From: Phoronis australis
Taxonomy: Eukaryota > Animalia > Phoronida
Direction: 5' to 3'
Length of the DNA: 64,000 nt
NCBI GenBank assembly: GCA_002633005.1
Contig: NMRA01000012.1
Coordinates: forward strand, 248,001-312,000
Part shown: piece by piece, positions 41,601 through 54,692 of the stretch
Position numbering within the stretch: the stretch's first letter is position 1
How the letters are laid out: each line of letters starts with the position of its first letter
The notes under the pieces: model-generated
What the model saw: only the letters and a program-made list of their open reading frames with translations
Told to the model about the DNA's origin: nothing
Databases searched by the model: none
Program-made: the position numbers and the translations under genes

Positions 41601-44600
41601 ATGAGATGACTTAATTAGCAGTACTGAGTGAATTCAGTAACATAATATTCATCATTCAGGGTTTGGCTATTTAAAACCCACAGGTGACAATAAAACAATT
41701 ATCTTCTCAGCCAGGACCATAAACCCTTTGTTAAGCTGTGTTTCCTTTCTTATACGTCCAACTGGAGTAGGTGTATGATTAAAAGGTCGTTCCCACTGGC
41801 TTCGAAGCTTTGGTATTTCCGGGAATACTTAACTTGGGTCCAGTATCAAAGTTAACAGCAAGATAATCCCAGAGTAAAGAGGTGGATTTAACAGGGAAGC
41901 AGTGACACTTCGCTCCAATGGGAACACTTAACTTTGATGTTATTGCAGTTATCGGCAGGGGGGACTGCCTGCATTTGCCAACAGCAGGCGGTATCTGGTT
42001 AATATTTTGCTATAATATTTATGGTTTTGAAATGCAATTTGTTGCAATTTATTCCTGTACTTGCTGGATTCTTTACATTAAAAAATCCTGCCTTACCGCC
42101 TTTGATTGGAACAGCTGTTAGCCTATTCAGGAGTCAATTTTCTAATATGTCATCTTCTAGTACTCCATCATCGTCCCAGCATGGCAACTGATAGGTGCCT
42201 TTTGAAGTTCATGTTCTGGTTTCCATTTGGTAAGTGGGATAGGTCCCAAATTTCAGCAGTTCATGTCAACAGGGCAGCATTTTTAACACACTTGAAGGCG
42301 AAGACAACCTTTTTTATGTCATTTTTAGCAAAAATAAGGTTCGTTGATTATCCCAAACATATTTTTCATTTATTTACTGCTTTTCGTAATTTAATTAATT
42401 ACTCGTCGTCTACTCTGGAAGTGAAGTTTTGGGAGGCAAGAATTTCGCGCCAGTTTCTTTTCATATAGTCTGACTGTGAAAGCAGTCGAGTCAGTCATTG
42501 TTCTACCTCGGTTGTGATAAGTTTGGTCGTCGTTTGCTTTTGCTTACGAGTCAGTTAACAATACATGCCACGCTGTTGTTGCGTACTGGGGTGTACTCAT
42601 TATCGTCTCATGTACAGAGGAAGAACTGTCCCACTTGCTCGAGTGTCCCGCGACACACTCCCACTGGAGGGTGATCTGAGCACCAAACTGCTTATATCCC
42701 GCCGTATGACTCCCTCGCCACACCTGGCACCTTCCAAATAGCTCCAATACAAGTCCACAATAAACATATCAAACTTAGGCTCACCGATCTGTTCATTGGA
42801 TGACGAACTGTACTCTTCACTGGATGTCGAACTGCGGGGCCTGTATTCACTCCTACTACTCAACAACGCTGTAGGGCTGCTTACAGGCTCTGGGCTAGAC
42901 CAGACAACAGCACAGGGCGAATCACTGCTAGTTCCCAGAATTGCACGCAATGGGGTATGTTCGGAGGCACGGGTGACAGTAGATGAAGTGCCTCCAATCA
43001 CTGTATATAGTGGCCACAGCTCACGAGGCTTCTTGCTTCAAAAACGCACTTCTCGGGGTTAGCGACGGGGCACTGCCGAGAATCAACAGCGACGGTATGG
43101 TACCCTTCTTCAGGCGTTGTTTCGCAGGGATCTTCATCAATTCAGCGTACATATCTCTGTCATAATCCGATGGCAGAAAATGCTTGCCACACACTCAGTA
43201 ACCCTCCATTGCTTTGTACGTTGCCTGAACAGGCAGCGCTGCTTTCTTCACGTGAACGAGCTAGCCAAGTACGGCGAAGTGTGTCATCCTTCGGAAAACG
43301 ACGCAAGGTACTCAAAGTGCGTGTGAGACGATGAGTACATCCCGGCACGCAGCAACAGCGTGGCATGTTGACTGACTTGTAAACAAAAGCAAACGACGAA
43401 CGAACTTATCACAAACGAGGTAGACTCGACAGCTCTCAGTCAGACTATAATGAAAAGAAAGTGGCGCGAAACTCTTGCCTCCCAAAACGTCACACCCGGA
43501 GTAGAGGACGAAAAGCTGTAATTAAGTGAAAAATGTGTCTGAAATAATCAACGAACCTTATTTTTGCTGAAAGTGACATGAAAAAAGGTTGCCTTCGCCT
43601 TTAAAAACATTCAAGTTTACACATCTCTTTTCAGTTCTGGACACAGATGACTATCTTTCTTCTAGTAACCAGTCCAGTTAGTTCTAACAGTGATAATGAT
43701 AGGCTTCGCAACGAAGTAGATACATCATGTACATCTGGGATGAAGTGCAGCTGTTTTCAAGGCCCGCCTGGTGCACCGGGTATCCCCGGGATACCAGGAG
43801 TATATGGTGAGAGAGGGACAGACGGCAAAGATGGCCTACAAGGGGCCAAGGGAGAAACAGGACCAACAGGTCCAAGAGGTGAGCATGGTTGATAAAAGAG
43901 AAGTATATCTACAAGAACTGGGCACCAATCAAGGATCATGACAAAGGATATCAATACAGCTGCATTAAATAGCCATTTTTTGATATAGCGCAACACAGTG
44001 AAATACAAATTGTTGCTAGATGATAGGGTAGTTGGAGGACAGCATTCTGTAAACTTGTGAAGACTTAATGTAGAGGGATATTTTGAAGCATTTTTGTAAA
44101 TTCTTTGTGACCATTGTGCTGTCAAATTGCTAAATGTTGTGTGGCAGGATTTTCAAGCAATTCACATAAAAAGTCCAACGTCCAAAAAATATCCATGAAT
44201 AAAAGAAATTGCGTTTCGGCCCAGTCAACTCAGCTCGTCTTGCAATCCAGGATTAAGACATTGGGTCATGCGAACAATGCTTCTGTCCTCTCACAATGAT
44301 AAAGAGGTGTACGTAGAATATCACCTAATCCTGCATTACGTCAATGGAAGAGTGACCAAGATGAAAAACCTGTGGACACTGTCTCAATCGGTGCCTGTGA
44401 AGTGGACTTGATGTTATGATGGAAATGAGTTTGGTCGTCTGCTGCAGAAAGCCGACACTTTTCCTTCGACAATGTACGAGCCTAATCACGTCAATTAGAG
44501 GACGTGCAAATTATGCCACTTAGACTCTGACTAAACCCGAGAAATGTGATCATTATCTATTGATTATTTTGAAATGGAAAAACTCAAAGTAATTGGATAT

Positions 44601-47600
44601 CTACCAAAACTACATGCAGGTTCTTACCCCAGAATATCTAATATAGCCTATTGATAAATTTTATCTCAAAATACATCTGAACACGTTATGACATGTTCAG
44701 ACAGACAAACAAGTATTTTATTCACTTTTCCTCATAAATGGCAGGTAATTTCTGTTATGTGAAGAAAAGTACATCTCCCCTTTTATTTTAAACAGAGGAG
44801 AATATGGCACTACAGGGGAGATGGTTATTTCAATTCCCGTCCATTCCCTAGCTTGAATGAGTTACCAGTCTCTATGTTATAATTAAATCAGGTTTTGGCC
44901 ACAGTAAGATTAAAAACCGGACGATCGCCGCACAAATAAAAAGTTCATGTTCAATCAACGTTTCGTCTATTCATTAGACATAATCAGGATAATTATTTAC
45001 AAAGGACAGCAAGTGCCAACATACAGCTCAGGTAGCATCCATAAAGTGAAGTGAGAGATACAGGGAATATAGTCAGTAGCTAGTCATCACAATAGTTGCA
45101 GGGTCACTGAGCTCTGCATGTTATTCAGAGAATCACAAGCATGACATAAGTATACACGCTTAATTAATAACATTGACATTTCTGTTAGAAATATCAGCTA
45201 TTTCTTCAGTCTGTTGTACTAAACTAGTGACACAACTAATTTTTAACAGGTCCTCCAGGAAGTACAGGGAGAGATGGTCGTGACGGGTCACGGGGAAAGA
45301 GAGGTATACCTGGCAGACCAGGAGAGCCTGGGATACCAGGCAAACCTGGCAGGAATGGTAAAGATGGGGACAGAGGCCAGAAAGGAAACTCCGTCATTCG
45401 TAACCCCAAAGTCGCCTTCTCTGTGGCGAGACGGGTAAAACTTGGACCCGTGGTCACTCACACGGCAATCACATATGACACGGTGTTTTTGAACGACGGT
45501 GACATGTTCGATGTCTACACATCCCATTTTGTGTGCAAACTGAACGGAACCTACGTATTCATTGCTCACATTCTAGGACAGGAGAATAACGACGCATACG
45601 CCTGGATTATGCTGAATGACAAGCATCACGTGCCCATGCACGGCGACGGCCGTGCGGGCTATGGCTCAGGAAGTAACACAATCATCTTAAAACTCAAGGT
45701 GGATGATCACGTGTGGATNTCAACTGAACAAAGACTCAGAAGTTTTAAATGACTATACCACCTTTTCCGGGTATTTGTTGTACACAGACTGAGAAACTTT
45801 AAATGTGACAAGTTACATATTACAAAAGTTTTCAAATTTAATCGTAGAATCAAGACTTTGTACTTGTTGAACACTGTTAGAGTTTTTATGATAGAATATA
45901 GAAGTTTATGAGAATTGCAGCTTTAGTTTAGTACCCTGACTTTGATACAATAACCAAAGGAAATCTTAGACTTACGGTAGTTGCTATTAGGGTGTGCTTG
46001 GTATTTCTGTCGGCCATGCTTTCTTTAATATAAGCAAATCTGCACACTTTCTCAATTCTTCAAGTGATTTGGCACATAGGCAAGAGGCCAGCAAAACAAC
46101 ACATAAAAATAACAAAAGCAAAGAGTTGATACGCGCCCACGACTAGAGGTGTTAATTAGTATCACAAAATGGCCACCACACGTCGCAACATTTCATAAAG
46201 TTCATCAACAAACTCAAAAGCTACAAAGTTACTCCACTAGGAGGCAGAGTGGTAATTGGATCCGTCCATCTGTAGTCACTTTAATGGGAATACACTTGCC
46301 AAATTTCAAAAAAGATTCAACACAGAGTTTAAGACATATAGTCACAGATGCAAAAAATGCCAGTAGGGAGCACCACAGCATCCATCTGAAAATCGATGTG
46401 AGTCATACTCTTGTCAGTGTGAACATGCCTGCCAACTTTCAAGACAATCCTCTGAGTCGTGGCAAAACAGAAGTCAGACCTCTACGAAAGTTAATGTCAG
46501 CCATATGGAAAACGTCTGCAAATTTTCGTGTCACTGTACTTGGGACTCGAACCAAAGTCAATGCCAATAAGAACATATCTATCAAATTTCATGAAGATAC
46601 AGCAACAAAATTGGCAGATTTTGAGGCAGAGACAAAAAAACAAAGTGCTACAGCAGTCTGAACTGCCCAAAATTCAAGGTCAGTTGTGCTCTCCTTGTTA
46701 GAAACTTATTCACAAACTTTCATAATGTTAATAAAAATGGTAGATATTGAAGAACAGAAAAAAATGCATTATTTCATAAGGATTCATCGAGTGGTTTGGC
46801 AAACGGAGAGACAAGCAGCTAAAACAGATTCAATAATAAAAATGACCACCAGAAAGAGCAGAATACATATAATCTGTCCAAAATTAGAAAGTTGTCACCA
46901 CCGTCTCAAGAGAAACCTATTTGCCAAATTTCAATACAAAACAGACAAGTGTGCCACCATTTCAGTATTGTGGACACCGTATCTGCAGACTTTCGCGTAG
47001 AGACTAAACGTCGTATTGAAGCTGTGTTTAGTTGTTACTTCTCTAAGCTCTTAACTTTAAAACAGTTTATTAATACCTAGAGTGATTTGACCACCAATTT
47101 TCAGAATTCTCTAACGTATTTAGTTGACGGATTGTACTTGCAGTAGTGAAAATATCAGGTTAATCATTGGAATGGCTCCTTATTGAAGTTACATAATTAT
47201 CTAAATACATGCTGCAATGGTAATATATACCCTGATAAAGTACACAAGAAAGAAGAGTTCTCTGCTTCAAAAGTTGTGCTCGTTTCTTAAACCAAAAACA
47301 CATCGCAAAAAAGTGCTCATGAATCTGCACAGGACAAGGTTAAATATGATTCTACAAAAGTTTGAAATAATTGTTCGTTGATAGCATCTATAAACATACT
47401 ACCACACTGGCTGTCAAAAAACCTCAATTGATACTGACGGCTCAACGCGCTGCCTCAAAGCCAGTGCCACCATCGTGTGTGCAAGAAAATGGGAATATGT
47501 TATCTCCTTAATAGAAATCTCTGTCACATTTCATAAAAATCCATAAGGAACTTTGTGTAGATATAGAGGTACATGCAAAGGCTAAATTGCCACTGGGGGT

Positions 47601-50600
47601 GCCGCAGCAGTTCAACCCCTCCGAAAATCACCATCAGCAATGCTCATCTCAATAGGAACACATCTGTGAAATTTCATAATTATTTCAGTGGTTTGACAGA
47701 GAGACGGATGCCAAAAAAACAGGAGCACAAATAATAAAAAGGGCCACCATGGATCACAGATAACGTAGAATCCGTCTCACAATGGAAAGATATCTATCAT
47801 AGAAATCCAAATTTCATGAAAATCCTTCAAGGAACTCCTTTGATAATACTAGTTAACATAAAGAAAAAATTAAAATTGCACTAGAGGGCACAGCAGTATT
47901 CTGATCCATCCGAAAATTCACTCGTGTCATTCCATCCATTATAGTAACGTGTCTCCAAAACTTCAAGTACAACCATCAAGGGGTTTCTGAGATACAGCAG
48001 TGAAAGCTGGCAGGAGACAGGGATGACAACATGTTCCCATATATCTAACTAATATGAGGGCACATAAAAATCTGTTGTGGAACTTTGTAAATACCTAAAA
48101 GCTAAAATTTCGACAAGGGAGCACGGCCATATTCAGATTCATCCGAAAGATGTAGTCATACAAACATTTCATGGATTTCTACAAGGGGTTTACCAGATAC
48201 CTCATCGGATACCCGGAGAGAGATGACGGCAAACATACACCCACATATCTATATGTGAGTTTGTCATTGTAGTTCATATTGTGTTGATATCATAGTGAGA
48301 GCAGAAATCAATGCTCCTGCAGCAAATACGCAGGAAAATATCTTTCACTTGGATGTTTGTAACAGACCCTTAAGAGTGCGACAGAAAACAAGGAAAGCAT
48401 ACCTTTTTGCAGGCTTAGGCTTTTCCTCAGTTGGCTTGCATTCCTCCTCTATTTCATCTTTTTGTGGAACTTCCTTCTTCTCCCCTGGAACAAGAGCAAC
48501 CCAGAGTGTTGATATACACCCACCATGTGTTTCACAAAAGATGAACATGTAAAGACTGCTCATTTTTTCAACATTTCCATGGTAGTCGGATCCATGCAGA
48601 AATCAACACCAGTTGTGCTCTCCTCATTGGGAACACATACTAGGTGAAATTTCACATCTACCAACTTGCATAATGATCCTTTAAGAAGTTTGGGAGAAAG
48701 GCAGATGCCAAGATAATAAACATGGCCACACGGCAGGGTTATACCAAGGCCTCAAAACTCAGCTGTGCAACTGAGCTAGAAAATCAAGTCACCCAGCCCA
48801 AAGTTAAGTTGCCCGTTTCGCGTCGGTCACAACAGACAAACTGGGCATCTCGAATTAAAAAATCACCAGAAAAACGACAAGTCACCAGATCATTTTGATA
48901 AGCACTCTATCAATAGGTTATGCACATAGGCTACACTGTGTGGCAATAACGCACAACACATTTTTCCCATTAGAAAGACTCAATTTTTAACAATGGGTTA
49001 AGTCAGCCAAAAACATTCCATGAAATATCACCTGTGGAAGTGACAGGTTTGTCACCTGTCGTGTCCTCTGGGTCCTCCTTAACACCAACTTTCTTTTCCT
49101 TAGGTGACTTCTTTGATTTGGGTGTAGATTTTTTCTTAGATTTCTTCTGGTCTGATGTTTTCTCAGCCTTGCTAGTTTTTTCATCACTCTTTTCTTTTTC
49201 ATCTTCCTAAATGCACAAATTATTCTAGTTTAAAACAAAATTTTGACGCTAAAATACTTAACAACTTGAAAGCAACTCAAACACGTTTTACCTAAAATCC
49301 CCAATCAAATCCAGACAAAATCACTCAAAATGTTGACCAAGGAAAAACAACTAAGCACTACATTCTAATAAAGATCTGGATTGTGAGGAGTGCCACTATG
49401 GTATGAATCACTGAGCACAAAACAATGACTCAGATTGACAGTTCTATACAATACAGACAGCAGTCAGTCAGCAATGAAAACACTTGACTGCTTAATGTGA
49501 TAGACATTTTTATTAATACTTTCATACATTCAATTACAAAAATGAATATCAAAATATGTGCAGTTGAACATACTTTTATATCGACATCCATTTTCTCTTC
49601 ACAAGGAACTGACTCCTTCATTACATTTTTTTCTCTTTCAATATTTTGCTCTTTACTTTCTTCCTGTTTTTCTGGGTCTACTTTTGACTTCTTAGCTGTT
49701 GAGGACTCTTTGTTTGATGCTTTTTTCGCTGGTCGTTTGGCTACAATAGAAGAATCAAGTGATACTTTTATTGAGCATATCGACGAAGTTGATTAACGGA
49801 AGCCCCAATTACCACCTAATTACGATGATAGACTAGTCCTTGTTCATAACCAATTATCACAAAAATAGGAGACTTAGCAAGTCAACCATAACTAAGCCAA
49901 TAACAAGCATATCTGCTTCTACGTAGACTGGCAACTTTTTATTTCCATGTAACAAATCTGACTTCAAAAGAAACTAGTGCATTTTTCCTGAAAAATAACA
50001 GAGGAGTTGTGTCCGTCGTCTTTTACATGACCCAGATAGGTTTCATGTAAATATATCAGTGTTTCTCTGTTCTTTAGCTATAAATATCAATCAGCTTCCA
50101 TGCTACAGTACAAACTCTCCAGTTTGGGGCAGCAAAAATAAAATATTTTATTCTAATAAAATATTCTATTCTAATATAATAAAAGGTAGGTATGTGCCAC
50201 CAACTATAGCAACTGTAATGAAGAGATTTTAAAGCGCTCATTAACCCACCTTCTACCACAAACACCAAACATTGATTTAGACCACTTACCTTTGTGAAAC
50301 TGTCTGAAATTGTTTCTCAGTCAAATTGCAAGGGCTTTCAGGGCTTTGAAAACACTGATAGCTCATTATTGCACGAGACCGGGCTGTGCAAACTTGTTTG
50401 TCAAGCGCATCATTTTAAGCACCGAGCAAGGTCTCAAAGAATCAAGAAACCGCCATGCAGTCTTTGCCAACCCAGAAATCAAATCTTAACTGAATAAGGA
50501 ACAAGTCGAGATCAATTTCATAGTGGTAAAACGCCGAAATTAAAAGTTTGCTTTTTGGATGGAACATGGGTTTTAAAGCCACTTTTAACTCACAAGTTAC

Positions 50601-53600
50601 TTTTCATATCTTACTTAAGGCAGCTATAAACTCACCTTCAGTCTAAAACTTTTGCTTTAGATCACTTACAGTTACCAAGTTGGTCTCAAAATGCACTTAA
50701 GTCAATTCAAAGGTAATATCTGACAAGCAAACAACTGACAGTTCCTAATTGTTTCAGACAGGAACTATAAGGCAGCAGGTCACAACTAGTCAACTAAGGC
50801 GCCCAGTATGGTGTAAAGCAATAACGAACTTTCATTTATTCCAAGTGCAGAAACTACTTTTCATCTGAGTAAGGATCAAGTGGAGATCAACTTTACAGCT
50901 CTGAGCGGGAGTCTAAATCAAAAGTTACTTTCTGTGACAAACGCATGTTTATATCGTCTTTAACACCACAAGGAAGCACGATTTTGACAAATAAAACATA
51001 GTTTTTACCCACCTGTTTTGCGAAGAGGAATACCCTCCACGACTTTTGTCGGTGTGCCAGCAGGTGGCGGTTGTACTTCATTGTCAGACTCACGGTCCTG
51101 TGTCAGAGAAGTCATTACATTTTCAATGGATTATTGAATCGGGATGCCATTAAGAAAGCATCACTGCAGACGAAGCTGAACGTTATTTATATGCGCACTT
51201 ATGCCACACTCCCTCCACAACCCGATAACACACCATCTCAGATGACATAATTATGTCTTTTTTACTTCAGTGTAACGTAATCCACATCCCAAAATGTGGT
51301 AGTTATTTGTAGCATTGACTTGTTGTTTTGAACAGATGTTCATGACCACAATCAACAAGCAGCATGGCCGCTATCTTCAATGACGAGCCGTAAGGCTACA
51401 ATAATACAAAATAATGTGGACAATAATTCATTTTACAGCCTTATTACTATTTTACAAGTAAACACTGTCCATCTAACCTCAACAGAACTAGGATTTTCTT
51501 CTTCAGTCTTGTTGAGGCTTGCGTTTTCATCTTCACTGTCACTTTCAATGACAAGTCGACCTTTTTTCTTGGCAGGCTGCTTAATTGGAGAATCTTGTGA
51601 CTTCGGAGGAGAGCCATTCTTTATTTTGAGCGGTGATTTTCTAAAATTGAACAAACATAATTAAACACTAAAGAAAACAAAGTTGCCTGGATTTTTTCAT
51701 GACAAGCACCTGACATTTAACGTTAATTGAAAGACAGTCAAGCAGAACAGACACCTATTGGCATTTAGCAGAACAGTCAGCTCCTAAAAAAATCTTTAAC
51801 TTTGGACTGATGAAGTATCATAGTTTGTATTTCACATACAACTGTAAATGATAACTGGTATCATTTTCAAGAATTTCTGCGATTCAAACAATTTTAGGGT
51901 CTTTAAAAACACAGATGAATTGTGTCTTGGCACTCATATGTTAAGTAGTTCTTTGTACTAAACCAGTGATTCACGGTAATCATCAACATACTATTTCAAG
52001 TGACTCAACATTAAAGAAACTACTTATCTGTTTATCAACATTGCAAAAGAAAATGTTTTTAGCACATCTCAATTTTCATGACTTTGAATTGCGCAAGAGC
52101 GCTTCATGCTACTTCCAATTAGTCAGAAGGAAACGTAACTTTCATAATTCCAGTCACTATAACAAATCATTGAATCCAAAAGCCACGCAACCAAAATGCC
52201 AATTAAGCTATTGAGGACAGCCAATTAGGGAGCAAGAAAATATCAACACTGTGATCGAAACTTTGTCTGTGTCTGCCAAAAGATGCAAATAAATCAAAAT
52301 TTTTAATTTGTGAATTTTGAATCTAAATGACATATCCCTCACACTTTCCCTATCTAAGCTGCTAAGACTGCGATTGGGGAGCGTTTCTTTGGCATTTAGA
52401 CCCTTTTGTTAAAGTTAACACACAATCTGAATTTCTGGGGTAGGATAACATTCTATTTCCCCGATTTTTGCTTTTACTTAATTTTATGTCAATCTAGTGT
52501 TACCCTGTTCGATTTACCCTCCGATAATTTTAAATAGAGTTCACATTACCCCTAGGTAGTTCCAAATCTATCTCAGATTATCTCCCCTCTGTATAAATTA
52601 CCCCTTCCCATTTGACTTGAACAGAATATTGCAGGGTTTTAATTACCATCACATTCAACAGTTAACATGGTAATAATCTGAACATAGGGGAATATGAAAT
52701 TAATTTTCCAAGTCTAGACATAAAGGCCTTATTGAGCTTCGCAAGACGAGATGGGGTCATCGTCATGAAGCTTTTCATCAAGCCTTTACTTCCATCCTAG
52801 ATGGGTTAAAGGTCATTACCTTTGGAGCCCATCACGACAAGTACAGAGATTTAATCTCCAAGTGAGATTTCAAGAATAGTAGAGAGGCAAAGCAAATTTT
52901 GCACAACAAAATAGAATTGTTTCATTGTTGCCTTTGCAACCGTTAATCAATACTTGTCTTAACTGTCTGGCATGACTGTAAAGTTACAAGGCTGAGTATA
53001 TGATGTTGTCAGTGCCTATCGTGAAGTCTGCCAAGTGAAAAGATTGTACCGTCAAGAGAGTGACGATGTTGAGAACGGGTTCAAACCCATCTTCAACCGG
53101 TATGTTAGACTCAAAGACAGAATTGGTCGTGATGTCCACAAACCACACACACGTGGCTGCCAGACTTAAGGTGGAAATATAAACGAGAGCGCTCGAAAGA
53201 GCGACACTTGGCGGAATTAATCGAAAAGACGATAATGAGAGCGACGACGACAATCATGACGATCAAGGCGGCAATAATGGATAACACAGTAACATTCATG
53301 TGACTAGCGAATAAATCGAATAGAGAGCAGACAATCAACTACAATAAAGAACAATAGATGGCCCAGCATGACGGACGAGTCATGTCTGTTCCCACATTCT
53401 AAAATAGGTGGCGCTATGTGACAGTCTGCAAAGCAAAGTTATGTTTACAATAAGTATTTGCCCTGGAATTGTACAGTCTACAGAGAGCTATGCCACAGTA
53501 GGACACTGCTGGCTGGGTCAGTCTGGGTCAACTAGGCATAACCAAAACAAAGCCAGCCAGCTGCGTGACCGAATTGGAACAACGGTATCCGTAAATCTCG

Positions 53601-54659
53601 AATAAATCAAAAAGTAGACGTCGTAGCGCAAAATGAAAATTATCATCTGAAAGCCCGTTCAAAACTCTATCTAAAGCAGTAGTTTGTCAAACACGATAAC
53701 ATTCATGTGACTAGCAAAAAATCAAATAGAGAGCACACAATCAACTACAATAAAGAACAATAGATGGCGCCACATGACAGTCCAGTCTACAGTAGAACAG
53801 TGCTGGCTGGGTCAGTCTGGGTCAACTAGGCATNNNNNNNNNNNNNNNNNNNNNNNNNNNNNNNNNNNNNNNNNNNNNNNNNNNNNNNNNNNNNNNNNNN
53901 NNNNNNNNNNNNNNNNNNNNNNNNNNNNNNNNNNNNNNNNNNNNNNNNNNNNNNNNNNNNNNNNNNNNNNNNNNNNNNNNNNNNNNNNNNNNNNNNNNNN
54001 NNNNNNNNNNNNNNNNNNNNNNNNNNNNNNNNNNNNNNNNNNNNNNNNNNNNNNNNNNNNNNNNNNNNNNNNNNNNNNNNNNNNNNNNNNNNNNNNNNNN
54101 NNNNNNNNNNNNNNNNNNNNNNNNNNNNNNNNNNNNNNNNNNNNNNNNNNNNNNNNNNNNNNNNNNNNNNNNNNNNNNNNNNNNNNNNNNNNNNNNNNNN
54201 NNNNNNNNNNNNNNNNNNNNNNNNNNNNNNNNNNNNNNNNNNNNNNNNNNNNNNNNNNNNNNNNNNNNNNNNNNNNNNNNNNNNNNNNNNNNNNNNNNNN
54301 NNNNNNNNNNNNNNNNNNNNNNNNNNNNNNNNNNNNNNNNNNNNNNNNNNNNNNNNNNNNNNNNNNNNNNNNNNNNNNNNNNNNNNNNNNNNNNNNNNNN
54401 NNNNNNNNNNNNNNNNNNNNNNNNNNNNNNNNNNNNNNNNNNNNNNNNNNNNNNNNNNNNNNNNNNNNNNNNNNNNNNNNNNNNNNNNNNNNNNNNNNNN
54501 NNNNNNNNNNNNNNNNNNNNNNNNNNNNNNNNNNNNNNNNNNNNNNNNNNNNNNNNNNNNNNNNNNNNNNNNNNNNNNNNNNNNNNNNNNNNNNNNNNNN
54601 NNNNNNNNNNNNNNNNNNNNNNNNNNNNNNNNNNNNNNNNNNNNNNNNNNNNNNNNNNN

Positions 54660-54692
<33 letters not shown>

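Noticed and set aside
44796-44825. GEYGTTGEM as an extra collagen mini-exon of the C1q gene
   Set aside because: No AG/GT pair keeps phase 1-1, and the two main exons already join in a continuous Gly-X-Y register.
46149-46661. 170-aa plus-strand ORF
   Set aside because: No recognisable domain or splice support, and it lies in a degenerate repeat array.
51057-51070. CTCF-like motif CCAGCAGGTGGCGG, with weaker matches near 4473, 26022, 26061 and 47879
   Set aside because: Short matches are expected by chance in 64 kb, and the best one is explained by Pro-Pro-Ala-Gly codons.
52343-52402. Possible extra LIG1 exon [20 protein letters not shown]
   Set aside because: It is open only as phase 0-0 inside a phase-2 intron.
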